Origin: an uncultured Clostridium sp.
Lineage (GTDB): Bacteria; Bacillota; Clostridia; TANB77; CAG-508
Assembly: GCA_948465565.1 (NCBI GenBank)
Contig: CAOJXR010000002.1
Span: 87,139-151,138, forward strand
Length of the DNA: 64,000 nucleotides
Direction of reading: 5' to 3'
The notes under the pieces are model-generated. The model was not told where the DNA came from and made no database searches. It saw only the letters and a list, made by a program, of their open reading frames with translations. Positions 1 through 9,274 of the stretch are shown in pieces; positions within the stretch are counted from its first letter, which is position 1, and the number at the start of each line of letters is the position of its first letter. The position numbers and the translations under genes were made by a program.

Positions 1-393
1 TCCTATCTTTTTCAATATCTCATTGTCTGTTGATTGCAGTCCAATACTTAATCTATTTACTCCTGTTTTTTTATATTCTTTAAGTTTTTCTCTTGTTATT
101 GTTCCAGGGTTCACTTCTAAAGTGATTTCTACATCTTGTGTTACAATAAATTTTTCTTTAATTTTACTTAATATTTCTGTTATATATTTTTCATCTATTG
201 CTGATGGTGTTCCTCCACCAATATATATTGTTCCTATATCAAAACCTGTATATTTGCATTCGTCTATTTCTTTTTTTAATGTTTCTATATATGTTTTTAT
301 TGTCTCTTCTTTCCCTGAAAATGATATAAAATCACAGTAGTGACACTTATGTATACAATATGGGATATGGACATATAACCCTATTTTCTTCAT
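1..393 (-). CDS. hemW: HemW/HemN-family radical SAM protein, N-terminal part; gene runs off the window start
   Basis: Minus-strand ATG at 393..391 with AGGAGG 8 nt upstream. The translated N-terminus MKKIGLYVHIPYCIHKCHYCDF carries the CxxxCxxC radical-SAM motif of the HemN/HemW family. No stop occurs before position 1. Confidence 0.7.
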   Translation of the reverse strand, partial: MKKIGLYVHIPYCIHKCHYCDFISFSGKEETIKTYIETLKKEIDECKYTGFDIGTIYIGGGTPSAIDEKYITEILSKIKEKFIVTQDVEITLEVNPGTITREKLKEYKKTGVNRLSIGLQSTDNEILKKIG

Positions 394-445
394 ATTTATT
401 CCTCCTCTTGAAAAATAAACTTCGTCATTATTGTGTTAAAAATTA

Positions 446-1288
446 TTATTTTCCTTTTTTTATTTCTTCTGCTATTTCAACAATTTTCTTTAACCTATGA
501 TTTACTCCAGATTTGCCTATTGGATTTTCAAGTAGGTTGCCTAAATCTTTTAAACTGACTTCTGGATTTTCTACTCTAACTTCTGCTATCTCAATTAAAC
601 TATCTGGTAATTCTTCGAACTTCTTCATTTTCTTTAGAAAATTTATTGCATCAATTTGCATTACTGCTGCTTCAATAGTTTTATTCAAATTTGCTGTTTC
701 ACAATTTACTTTTCTATTTACATCATTTCTCAAATCTTTCATTACTCTAATTTCTTCAAATCTAAGTACTGATTTTTGTGCTTCAATGAAGGCTAAAAAT
801 TTAGAAATTTCTTCTCCTTCTTTTATATAAATCGTATTATTATTTTCTAATATCTTTGTCCTAATATTAGCTTGTTTTAATATATTTTGTATATATTGCG
901 CAATATCTCTTTCATTTAACAATATTTCTAAATGATATTTTTTGTTCGGATCATTTACTGAACCGCTTCCTAAAAATATTCCTCTTACTAAAGCCTTTTT
1001 TTCTTCATCTTTATCCATTTGCTCTGGCTTTTTTATGTCTGGTAATTTAAATTTTGCAATATAAACTTTTCTTTTGCTTTCAGGTTCATAATCAATTTGC
1101 AATTTAAAAAGAATCTTGAAAATTCTCTCTATATTAAATTCATTTTCGGTTATAAATTCAATATAATTGTTCTTTATACTTGTGTTTGCTGAAAGCATAT
1201 ATCCAGTTAATTCTGCTTCTAATAATTCTCTTTTTGAAAAATTATTTATTTGGCTTAATTCCATTTTCACTTCTGATGAAAAAGACAT
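446..1288 (-). CDS. whiA: WhiA-like DNA-binding protein
   Basis: 280-aa ORF starting MSFSSEVKMELSQ, typical of Firmicute WhiA, with a C-terminal HTH-like region. Confidence 0.75.
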   Translation of the reverse strand: MSFSSEVKMELSQINNFSKRELLEAELTGYMLSANTSIKNNYIEFITENEFNIERIFKILFKLQIDYEPESKRKVYIAKFKLPDIKKPEQMDKDEEKKALVRGIFLGSGSVNDPNKKYHLEILLNERDIAQYIQNILKQANIRTKILENNNTIYIKEGEEISKFLAFIEAQKSVLRFEEIRVMKDLRNDVNRKVNCETANLNKTIEAAVMQIDAINFLKKMKKFEELPDSLIEIAEVRVENPEVSLKDLGNLLENPIGKSGVNHRLKKIVEIAEEIKKGK

Positions 1289-1303
1289 TTTCGCTCACCT
1301 CTA

Positions 1304-2125
1304 TCATTTTTGACAAATTATTACTCTATCTTGATTGTTATAATCTTTTATGCATTTTATATTTTTATAATTTTCTTTTTCTAAAATTTCACTCACATCT
1401 TTTTTTTGATTATATCCTATTTCAAAGCATAAGAATCCATTATCCTTCAGATGTTCTTTTGCTTTTTTTGATATTCTTCTATAAAAATCTAATCCATCTT
1501 CTCCACCATCTAATGCTAAAGCTGGCTCTTTTTTTACTTGTTCATCTAATACAAGCATATCTGCTTTTGTTATATATGGTGGATTTGATACTATAATATC
1601 AAAATTATTTTCTTGGATATTTTCAAATAGGTCTGATTTTATATATTGTACTTTTGCTTTATTTTCTATAGCATTATACTTAGCTATTTCCAGGGCTTTT
1701 TCGCTAATATCTGAAGCATATACACTTGAATTTTCTATTTGTTTAGCAAGAGTTATCCCTATTATTCCACTTCCTGTACATAAATCTAGTACTTTCATAT
1801 CTTTTGATGATATTTTTAATATTTCTTCAATTAATACTTCTGTATCAAATCTTGGAATTAAAACATTTTGATTTACTTTAAATGTATTTCTAAAAAACTC
1901 TTGATTTCCTGTTATGTACTGAATTGGAATGTTGTTTAGTAGTTGCTCTATCCCTTTATTAAATTTTTCTTCTATTTCTTGACTTAACTCTTCTTCATCG
2001 TGAGAAATTAAATATTCTTTTTTCACTCCTAGTAGACTGCTTAATAGAATTTTTATTTTTATATTTTTATCTTCTATATTATTTATTTTTTTCATTCCAT
2101 AAATAATTGCATCTTTTATTTTCAT
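1304..2125 (-). CDS. prmC: Release-factor glutamine N5-methyltransferase PrmC/HemK
   Basis: 273 aa with IPRFDTEVL, the [11 protein letters not shown]-binding motif and the NPPY catalytic motif. Confidence 0.8.
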   Translation of the reverse strand: MKIKDAIIYGMKKINNIEDKNIKIKILLSSLLGVKKEYLISHDEEELSQEIEEKFNKGIEQLLNNIPIQYITGNQEFFRNTFKVNQNVLIPRFDTEVLIEEILKISSKDMKVLDLCTGSGIIGITLAKQIENSSVYASDISEKALEIAKYNAIENKAKVQYIKSDLFENIQENNFDIIVSNPPYITKADMLVLDEQVKKEPALALDGGEDGLDFYRRISKKAKEHLKDNGFLCFEIGYNQKKDVSEILEKENYKNIKCIKDYNNQDRVIICQK

Positions 2126-2164
2126 AATGCCTCCAACGTTATTATTCTAGCATTTTTGCTCTTT

Positions 2165-2215
2165 ATTGTAAAGAAAAATCAGCTGATTGCTTGAGTCAGC
2201 TGATTTCGTATCAAA
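2165..2215 (-). terminator. Rho-independent terminator (minus strand) just upstream of prmC
   Basis: Inverted repeat aatcagctga..tcagctgatt followed on the minus strand by TTTTTCTTT. Confidence 0.45.
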
Positions 2216-2219
2216 ATAA

Positions 2220-2410
2220 AAATGCCCCACATTAGCCGTCATGTAAAGAATTTTTATGGACCTGTCCTAAAACAGGTGGGTGCCGTCCTAAATATTCCTG
2301 GGTTTCTTACATAAATGCAAGCATACACGCCATACTCAGAGAAATCTGGCTCCCTTCTCCAAAACTTGTAGGTTCTAAAAACTCTGTCAAAAACGCACCA
2401 TGCAGGGAAG
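2220..2410 (-). ncRNA. Candidate structured ncRNA or non-coding GC-rich island of unknown class
   Basis: About 190 nt of clearly elevated GC with no ORF above 30 aa on either strand. It contains local stems (acctgt..acaggt; ggtgggtgcc) and is immediately followed on the minus strand by the terminator at 2165..2215. Confidence 0.25.
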
Positions 2411-2695
2411 ATTATTAACTATTTACTTACTATGTTTATATAATACCATAACTGTTTTTGAGTTTCAAATTCTTAATTTCTCGTTTAATATTATTTAATT
2501 GATTGTATTTATATTTTTCTCTTTTTTTCTTCTATTATTCTAATTTATTTATGCAATTTTAATATTTGATTTTTTTAATTTTATATTGTATATTAAAAGG
2601 TGTAGAGAATTTAAAAAAGACATTTTTTGACAAAATATACAAAAAATCCTAATGAAATTTATTCATTGGGATTTTATTATTATAATTGTTATATA

Positions 2696-3577
2696 TTAAA
2701 ACTTTGGAACATATTTTTCTTCGTCCTCTTCTAGTTCTTGCATATAGCCATTTTCTATCCCAAGTTCATATAAATAGTTCTCTATTTCTTCATATTCTTG
2801 TTTGGTTAATTTTCTATTTATTTCTTTATCTTCGCATGCTTTGTATGTTGGAAAATATTGTGCCATTAAGCTTATAGTTATGTCGTTTGGCATATTATCT
2901 TTTATCCATTTTAATATGTTTTTTGAATTTTGAATATTATTTGGTAATACTAAATGTCTTATTATCATTCCTTTTTTTAATAAGCCATTCTCATCATATT
3001 CATTTTTTCCAACTTGTTTATACATTTCTAATATTGCCTTTTCAGTTACTTCTCTATAATCTTTTATTCCAGATAATCGTAAGGCTAAATTGTTATCATA
3101 GTATTTGAAATCAGGTAAATATATATCAATATATCCTTCTAACTTTTTTAAAGTTTCTATTGTTTCATACCCACTTGTGTTATATAAAATTGGAATTTTT
3201 AATCCTTGCTTTTTAGCTAACTTAATCGCTTCAATTACATGTAATACATATGGCGTTGCGGTTACTAAGTTTATATTATTTGCTCCTTTTTGTTGCTCTT
3301 CTAAAAATATCTCTGATAGTCTTTCTATTGTGATTTCTTCTCCCTTACCTTCACAACTTATTTTATAGTTTTGACAGAATTTACATTTTAGATTGCAATT
3401 ACTAAAGAATACTGTTCCAGAACCTTTTTCACCACTTATACATGGCTCCTCATCATAATGTAGTGAGTATAATCCTAATTTTATTTTGCTTCCTGCTTTA
3501 CATTTACCTAGTTCACCTTTGTTTCTATTTATTTGACATTGTATTGGACATAATTTGCATTTTTCTAATTCTTTCAT
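2696..3577 (-). CDS. Radical SAM protein, PflX-like (pyruvate formate-lyase activating enzyme homolog)
   Basis: 293 aa with an N-terminal Cys cluster (CKLCPIQC) and the radical-SAM motif CNLKCKFCQN. Confidence 0.7.
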   Translation of the reverse strand: MKELEKCKLCPIQCQINRNKGELGKCKAGSKIKLGLYSLHYDEEPCISGEKGSGTVFFSNCNLKCKFCQNYKISCEGKGEEITIERLSEIFLEEQQKGANNINLVTATPYVLHVIEAIKLAKKQGLKIPILYNTSGYETIETLKKLEGYIDIYLPDFKYYDNNLALRLSGIKDYREVTEKAILEMYKQVGKNEYDENGLLKKGMIIRHLVLPNNIQNSKNILKWIKDNMPNDITISLMAQYFPTYKACEDKEINRKLTKQEYEEIENYLYELGIENGYMQELEEDEEKYVPKF

Positions 3578-3660
3578 TTTCTCACCTATTGCATATTATA
3601 TATTTTTTTATCTTTAAAATCAATCTGCTAAGAATATCTACCTTTTTATAAATAGCAAAA

Positions 3661-3690
3661 GCCCGGCTGACAAGTCAGCCGGGCCGGAGC
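3661..3690. terminator. GC-rich hairpin terminator downstream of the 3698..4012 gene
   Basis: Perfect stem gcccggctga-caag-tcagccgggc flanked by T-rich sequence on both strands. Confidence 0.55.
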
Positions 3691-3697
3691 CTTTTGC

Positions 3698-4012
3698 TCA
3701 GATATACTGTGCGTGATGCCGGAAAGCATACCACTTGCCGCCTTCCTCGAAGACACCTTCGTGGCTTCCGCCAGGGCAGTACCAGCCATCGGTGATATAC
3801 GGGTGGCTGTCTCTGATTTTCTTCAGCTCACTACGAGCCTCATCTTCATTATCGAAGCCAGCAGAGCTGATGAAAGTTTCTTCATAGACCTTTTTCAAGG
3901 TCTGAAGTTCATTGCGCAGGGTTTTAGGCAGGGGGCTGTCATACACCAGCTTCTGTACAGCCGACCGTGTTGTCGCCTCTTGAACATAAGTCCAGGTCAT
4001 CTTGTAAGCCAT
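3698..4012 (-). CDS. Hypothetical 104-aa protein in a high-GC island
   Basis: ORF MAYKMTWTYVQEATTRSAVQKL.. with AAGGAGG 7 nt upstream of the ATG. GC is far above the surrounding sequence, and the gene has its own terminator. Confidence 0.5.
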   Translation of the reverse strand: MAYKMTWTYVQEATTRSAVQKLVYDSPLPKTLRNELQTLKKVYEETFISSAGFDNEDEARSELKKIRDSHPYITDGWYCPGGSHEGVFEEGGKWYAFRHHAQYI

Positions 4013-4078
4013 AATAGCTCCTCCTTAAAATTAGTACACTATTATTATAACATGTATTTACATAATTTTCAATCTTTG

Positions 4079-4438
4079 TTATTCTCTGAACTCTTTTGCT
4101 AATTTACTAATTGCTTTACTTTCTATTCGTGATACATATGATCTAGAAATTCCATAAATGTCAGCAACTTCATTTTGAGTAAGTGGTTTTTCGTTATTAA
4201 GACCAAATCTCAAAATTAAAATTTCTTTTTCTCTTGGTTTTAGCGTTGTTTCCATTTTCTCGTATAATTTCTTTTGCTTTAGTTTTAAATCAATTGCGTC
4301 TTCTATACTTCGCTCGTTGTTTTCTAGTATCTCTTGTAATGTAATGACGTTATCATCTTTATCTTTTCCAATTGGTTCGTTTAAATATACTTCTGAATTT
4401 AATTTTTTTGAGTTTCTGAAGAACATTAAAATTTCGTT
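4079..4438 (-). CDS. sigK: RNA polymerase sigma-K factor, C-terminal fragment downstream of the intervening element
   Basis: The translation ..EILMFFRNSKKLNSEVYLNEPIGKDKDDNVITLQEIL..ILRFGL..GISRSYVSRIESKAISKL matches sigma-K regions 3-4. The in-frame codons upstream of the annotated Met read IANEIL. Confidence 0.8.
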   Translation of the reverse strand, partial: NEILMFFRNSKKLNSEVYLNEPIGKDKDDNVITLQEILENNERSIEDAIDLKLKQKKLYEKMETTLKPREKEILILRFGLNNEKPLTQNEVADIYGISRSYVSRIESKAISKLAKEFRE

Positions 4439-6126
4439 TGCAATTCTCCCCTGTTGGAAAAATCATCTTTAATATTTCTTGCACCTATAAAATTAATAGT
4501 TATATTCTCTCCATCACTTGTAACTGAACTAATTAGTAACTTTATCATATTTCTTTTTGTATTTAAGTCTAATGTATCAAATGATGTAAAATATGTATCA
4601 AATATGTTAAGTAACATATTTGCAGTTTCTGTATCATTTATTTCATCGTAATCTGTATTAGTTAATTCTTTTATTCTTTTTTCTATTTCTGCATTTGCTT
4701 GTTTTAATCTTTTTATTTCTTTTGATAGGTCATCTAACAATGAAATATCAACATATTTAATTTTGTCTAGTAATAAAGAAATGTCATTCTCATTTTTCTT
4801 TAATATTGTTTTTAAGCTTTTTAGCTCTTCACTGTTTTGGTTATTTTCATTAAAAGATTTTGATGCTATATTTTTTAGCGCCTTATAAAATTTAGAATCT
4901 GGCATTGCTAGTTTCTTTATTTCTTCCATTACTAAATCATCTGCTTCTAAACCATTAATATTTTTACATTGACATTTTTGCTTTTTACTTTTATCTTTTA
5001 ACTCACACATATAATCAAATACTCTACGACCATTGCTGTCTACTGTTTTATTTTTTAATTTTGCTCTCATAAATGAACCACAATGAGAACATCTTAATAA
5101 TCCAGATAATAGAGCATTACTTGTGCTTGGTTTTCTATATTTCATATCACGGTTTCTATTTAATAAATTTTGTACTTCTACCCATTCTTTACCTGAAATA
5201 ATGCCTTTATGTTTTCCTACAGCAACTATCCATTCTGTTATATCTTTCTTTTCTACCATATTATTTGACCCAGTTTGTTTAGTTTTATTATATACCATTA
5301 AACCTTGTGTTCCATTAAATTCTTTTTCATCTGCATATATTTCAATTCCAAAGTTCTTAAAGTATTCTAATGTATCTTCATCTGCCATTGCATAAACAGG
5401 ATTAGTTAGAATATTAGTTAATGCCCATCTCGTATATAATTTTCCATTCTTTGTTTTTATATCGTTTTGAATTGTATAAGTTTCTAATTTTGTTAATGAT
5501 TTTAATTCTAAAAATTTATGAAATAAACTTTTAGAAATGATAATTTCATCATCAATAGGAGATAATTTATATAATTTTCTTTTCTTATTATCTATAGTAA
5601 TATTTTCTATTTGTTCAGATTTAAAACCTGTAGGAGTTGTACCTCCTAACCAACGACCAGTTTTGGCAAGCTCAATCATATTATCTCTTATACGTTCTGC
5701 AATAGTATCTCTTTCTAATTGTGCAAATACTGAAATCATAAACATCATTGCTCGTCCACTCGGAGTTATATTTTCTATACTTTCTGTAGCTGATAAAAAG
5801 GAAACATTATAATTATCAAATTCATTTACTAAGCTACTAAAGTCGGATACATTACGACTAATTCTATCTAATTTGTAAAAAACGACAGTGTCGATTTTTT
5901 TATCTTTAATGTCTTTTAGCATTCTTTGAAATGATGGTCTATTAGTATTATATCCAGTATATCCTTCATCTTCATAAATAATAACGTCATTATCTAAGTC
6001 AATATTGTCAAATGTTAATTCTATTTTTCTTTTACAAGCTTCTATTTGATTATGTGTGCTTTCTCCTTTACCTGTGAATTTTGATTTACGTGAGTATATT
6101 GCTTTTTTTCTAGTTTCTTTTACCAT
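4426..6126 (-). CDS. Large serine recombinase (SpoIVCA-like)
   Basis: 566 aa with an N-terminal resolvase domain (AIYSRKS catalytic Ser region, VVFYKLDRISRN), a recombinase domain and a C-terminal zinc ribbon (CSHCGS..CQC). Its stop codon overlaps the sigK junction. Confidence 0.85.
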   Translation of the reverse strand: MVKETRKKAIYSRKSKFTGKGESTHNQIEACKRKIELTFDNIDLDNDVIIYEDEGYTGYNTNRPSFQRMLKDIKDKKIDTVVFYKLDRISRNVSDFSSLVNEFDNYNVSFLSATESIENITPSGRAMMFMISVFAQLERDTIAERIRDNMIELAKTGRWLGGTTPTGFKSEQIENITIDNKKRKLYKLSPIDDEIIISKSLFHKFLELKSLTKLETYTIQNDIKTKNGKLYTRWALTNILTNPVYAMADEDTLEYFKNFGIEIYADEKEFNGTQGLMVYNKTKQTGSNNMVEKKDITEWIVAVGKHKGIISGKEWVEVQNLLNRNRDMKYRKPSTSNALLSGLLRCSHCGSFMRAKLKNKTVDSNGRRVFDYMCELKDKSKKQKCQCKNINGLEADDLVMEEIKKLAMPDSKFYKALKNIASKSFNENNQNSEELKSLKTILKKNENDISLLLDKIKYVDISLLDDLSKEIKRLKQANAEIEKRIKELTNTDYDEINDTETANMLLNIFDTYFTSFDTLDLNTKRNMIKLLISSVTSDGENITINFIGARNIKDDFSNRGELQTKF

Positions 6127-6269
6127 TATTTCGTTCCTTTCCTACATGTGATATTTGTAATAGTTTATCACTTTTAACTTAAAAAGTCTATAAAAATAGA
6201 TGCAAATATTAAATTTACATCTATTTTCTCGTAATTTCTATTTAACAATTTCATGAAATAACATAATTA

Positions 6270-6575
6270 TTATTTTAATTTTTCAATTTCTCTCATAGCT
6301 TTCATTCCTAGGTAGTATCCTAAAGCAATATAATAATTTGTAATTTCTGAATTATATCTAGTATATTTATTTAATATTTTTCTCTGTGATTCATCAAAAT
6401 AATCCAGTAAATGAATTTCAAGTTCTCTAAATTCATCTTCCAAATCATTGTATTGGCGATTTCTTCGTAACACCTTCATATTATCGATTACTTTTTCATT
6501 AATTAGTTTTATATCTAATTCTGAAAAAATAAAACTAGGCTTTTTTTCTTCTTCCATAATAAATTCCTTTCTCAA
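6270..6575 (-). CDS. Hypothetical protein (element cargo)
   Basis: 101-aa ORF with no recognisable motif. Confidence 0.35.
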   Translation of the reverse strand: MRKEFIMEEEKKPSFIFSELDIKLINEKVIDNMKVLRRNRQYNDLEDEFRELEIHLLDYFDESQRKILNKYTRYNSEITNYYIALGYYLGMKAMREIEKLK

Positions 6576-6676
6576 ATTATATGATTTATTTTGTTTTACG
6601 CATACGCTTTGTAGGTGTTTGTGACTAAAAAAATAATATTTACTATATAATCACACAAACTATAGTAGGTGATGTA

Positions 6677-6895
6677 ATGAAATTTATTGCAAATGATTAT
6701 ACTCCTAAAGAGATAATTCGTATAATTAGAGAATGGACTGAATTAACTCAAAAAGAATTCGGTAAAACTATAAATCGTAGCGAAAAAGGTATTCAAGCAT
6801 TTGAACTTGGTACTAGAAATTATGATATGGCTACTTTAATTCAAATTGCTAATACGCATGGTATAAAAATAATTATAGAAAAGAGAGAAAAATAA
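6677..6895 (+). CDS. Small XRE-family HTH regulator
   Basis: 72 aa with a helix-turn-helix pattern (LTQKEFGKTINRSEKGIQAFELG). Confidence 0.55.
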   Translation: MKFIANDYTPKEIIRIIREWTELTQKEFGKTINRSEKGIQAFELGTRNYDMATLIQIANTHGIKIIIEKREK

Positions 6896-7040
6896 TAATG
6901 TTTTTCTTTCTTTTTTTATATATTGTTATTTGCAAAATATTATTTACTTTTATAATGCAACATCTACGTTGTCTATAATACCACATAATTATTATAAAAT
7001 CAACCTATAATAATTATTGAACGTTGGGAAAAGATATATT

Positions 7041-7298
7041 ATGAAAAATACAATAAAATATAAAGGCAAGCTTAATGCTATTGGTAATAAAATAAAAGAT
7101 TATCGAAAATTGAATAATATGACACAAAAAGCACTTTCAGAAAAGTTACAATTATATGGTATTGACTTAAATAAGAACTCTTTACAGAAAATAGAAAAAG
7201 GAACTAGAATTATAAAAGAATATGAACTTGCTGCTTTTTGTAAGGCATTTGATGTTTCTGCTGACTTATTATTAAAGGATTGTATTGATGAATTATAA
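7041..7298 (+). CDS. XRE-family HTH regulator
   Basis: HTH motif MTQKALSEKLQLYGIDLNKNSLQKIEKG. The ATG at 7041 is preferred over the upstream TTG at 7017. Confidence 0.55.
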   Translation: MKNTIKYKGKLNAIGNKIKDYRKLNNMTQKALSEKLQLYGIDLNKNSLQKIEKGTRIIKEYELAAFCKAFDVSADLLLKDCIDEL

Positions 7299-7349
7299 TA
7301 GTTACTGTTTATATAAGATAAAAGAATTTATGCTTTTATCTTTTTATTT

Positions 7350-7715
7350 TTATATAATTCTAGCAATTTCTTCAATTATATTTTTATTAGTAAAAATATA
7401 TTCATCATAATCAAATCCAAAAATCCTTTTAAAATTCTTAACTGTTTTTTCTTCTATCCTATGGTCTATTGCATATTTTATAGTCATCTTTATTTGTGAT
7501 ATATTAAATGATTTATAGTTCTCTTTAATTAATGAGTATATGTTATCAATAATTATAAATTCTGTATTGCTATTATAAACATATTTGATTGCTTCTATTA
7601 GTAATATTGTTCCCTTGTGACTAGTGTTTAATCCCAAAGAACGTAGGATATCTCTAATTAGAATATCTTGTTCATTTTTTGTTTTTAAATTACTTTCATA
7701 TTGTACACTTTCCAT
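7350..7715 (-). CDS. Stand-alone Spo0A C-terminal DNA-binding-domain-like protein
   Basis: The 121-aa protein aligns along its length with the Spo0A effector domain: SHKGT~HIKGY, LLIEAI~YLREAI, VYNS~VYND, IFGF~LFGY. It has no receiver domain. Confidence 0.6.
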   Translation of the reverse strand: MESVQYESNLKTKNEQDILIRDILRSLGLNTSHKGTILLIEAIKYVYNSNTEFIIIDNIYSLIKENYKSFNISQIKMTIKYAIDHRIEEKTVKNFKRIFGFDYDEYIFTNKNIIEEIARII

Positions 7716-7810
7716 CTCTTCCCTCCATAAAAATTTATATCAAAAAGAAATTATTTAATTGTATCTATTCTTTATGTTATTAATATACCAACTTTATGTA
7801 AACATTGCAA

Positions 7811-7950
7811 AATAATAAAATCTGCACTACATGCATTGAAATATGCGTGTAATGCAGATTTTACTTTGGTTTTCAGCTGTTCTATAATATAAATTACTAA
7901 TATCTTATATAAATAAAAAAATATTGCGTGCTACGCAGATTTAAAAATAA
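7811..7950. promoter_or_regulatory. Cluster of related inverted and direct repeats (operator-like) plus a hairpin terminator
   Basis: aaaatctgcact..tgcgtgtaatgcagatttt forms a hairpin. A near-direct copy attgcgtgctacgcagattt occurs about 75 bp downstream. Confidence 0.3.
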
Positions 7951-8557
7951 AACATGGGAACTAAACCAATGAATAAAATTCCCATGTTCTACATTTTAGG
8001 TCTTAATCCCTAAAATATATAAATTAATCCAAACTATTGCGAGTAGTTTAGAGTAATTATTAAAATTATAATTGATATTTCTATAAATATCAATAGATTT
8101 AGGGGGAATTGTTCCCCCTTCAGCTTGAATGGCTTATATTTCATCAACGATGTTATATACTGGAAATCCTCCTGGACTTCCACCATCTAGGAAAATTCTG
8201 TTTTTCATTGGTTTAATTTCCTTATATTAAAATCTATCAAGTAAAAATTCAATATTAATTAATACAGGAAATAAACCAATAGTTTAAAATCTTGTATATA
8301 TAAAAAATCCAGGCACTCGCAATGCCTGAATATCATTATTGAACATCAAGCATTACGCTTGTGGAATGGATTAATTAATTAAGATTTTAATGCCATTCTT
8401 TTTACTATATTTAGTTATTTTTATTATACTACTTTTAATCAATATTTTCAAATTTTATTCGCTGTGTTTGCTGATATATCTTGTTTTTATTGATACTTTA
8501 CATAAAAAATGTTATAATTAATATGTAATTTTTATTAAAGAAAGTGGTGGTATACTT

Positions 8558-9274
8558 ATGTTTAATAAAAAAGATTTTGGTATAAAAATTAAAGTTGCTC
8601 GAAAATCCAGAGGTTTAAGTCAAGAAAATCTGGGAAAAGCAATAGGAAAAAATGCTACAACAATAGGAAGATATGAATCTGGAGAAATTATGCCAGACGC
8701 TGAACAAATTAGCTTGATTTGTGATGAATTAGGAATAGCTGAATATGAATTATTTGATACCTCTAGTAAAATATTAAATAAAGAAAATAATAGAAATCCT
8801 TTTAATACAAACAAGTTATATTTATTTTATAAAGCTTTTTATCCTAAAAGCAATAATTATAAAAAAGGGAAATTTATATTGGATATAATTGAAAAACCTG
8901 ACTGTTGTAAGGTAAATTTTGTAGATTATAAAACTAACAAAATTTATTTATCTGGATATATGATGTCTGATAGTAATGTTGCTATATTCATTTTTGAAAA
9001 TTATAAAGAAAACAATTTAAGACTGGAGGTTTCGGAAATTATATTAAATATTGCTAGAGGAACAAACACTCTTATGTTAGGTAGTTTTCATTGTACAAAT
9101 GGAAATTATGAACCTTCTGTTAGACGTTGTATGATTTCCACAGAGGATATTGATTTTTCTGATGAGATGTATAGAAAATTAGAAATTACTGATAGAGAAC
9201 TTGAAGAATTAAAAGCAAAAAGTATATGGTATGTTGATGTCGTTGATAAATATGATTTTGAAGATAATATTTAA
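8558..9274 (+). CDS. XRE-family HTH domain protein with unknown C-terminal domain
   Basis: N-terminal HTH (LSQENLGKAIGKNATTIGRYESGE); the 238-aa C-terminal part has no motif I recognise. Confidence 0.55.
   Translation: MFNKKDFGIKIKVARKSRGLSQENLGKAIGKNATTIGRYESGEIMPDAEQISLICDELGIAEYELFDTSSKILNKENNRNPFNTNKLYLFYKAFYPKSNNYKKGKFILDIIEKPDCCKVNFVDYKTNKIYLSGYMMSDSNVAIFIFENYKENNLRLEVSEIILNIARGTNTLMLGSFHCTNGNYEPSVRRCMISTEDIDFSDEMYRKLEITDRELEELKAKSIWYVDVVDKYDFEDNI

Noticed and set aside
23-340. Plus-strand ORFs of 60-140 aa inside minus-strand genes throughout the window (for example 23..340, 513..830, 1180..1596, 15510..15791, 53174..53939)
   Set aside because: These are low-complexity I/L/F/Y-rich translations of AT-rich antisense DNA, with no SD. 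Each lies wholly inside a well-supported gene on the other strand.
2220-2410. Tested the GC-rich non-coding island against tmRNA, SRP RNA, RNase P RNA and T-box signatures
   Set aside because: None of the hallmark motifs is present (no tag ORF or GGGG..CCA ends; no GGAAGCAGC helix-8 motif; no T-box). It is kept only as an unclassified ncRNA candidate.
3713-4102. 129-aa plus-strand ORF overlapping the 3698..4012 gene and the sigK 3' end
   Set aside because: It is antisense to an SD-supported gene and crosses the GC/AT composition boundary, so it is most likely an artefact.
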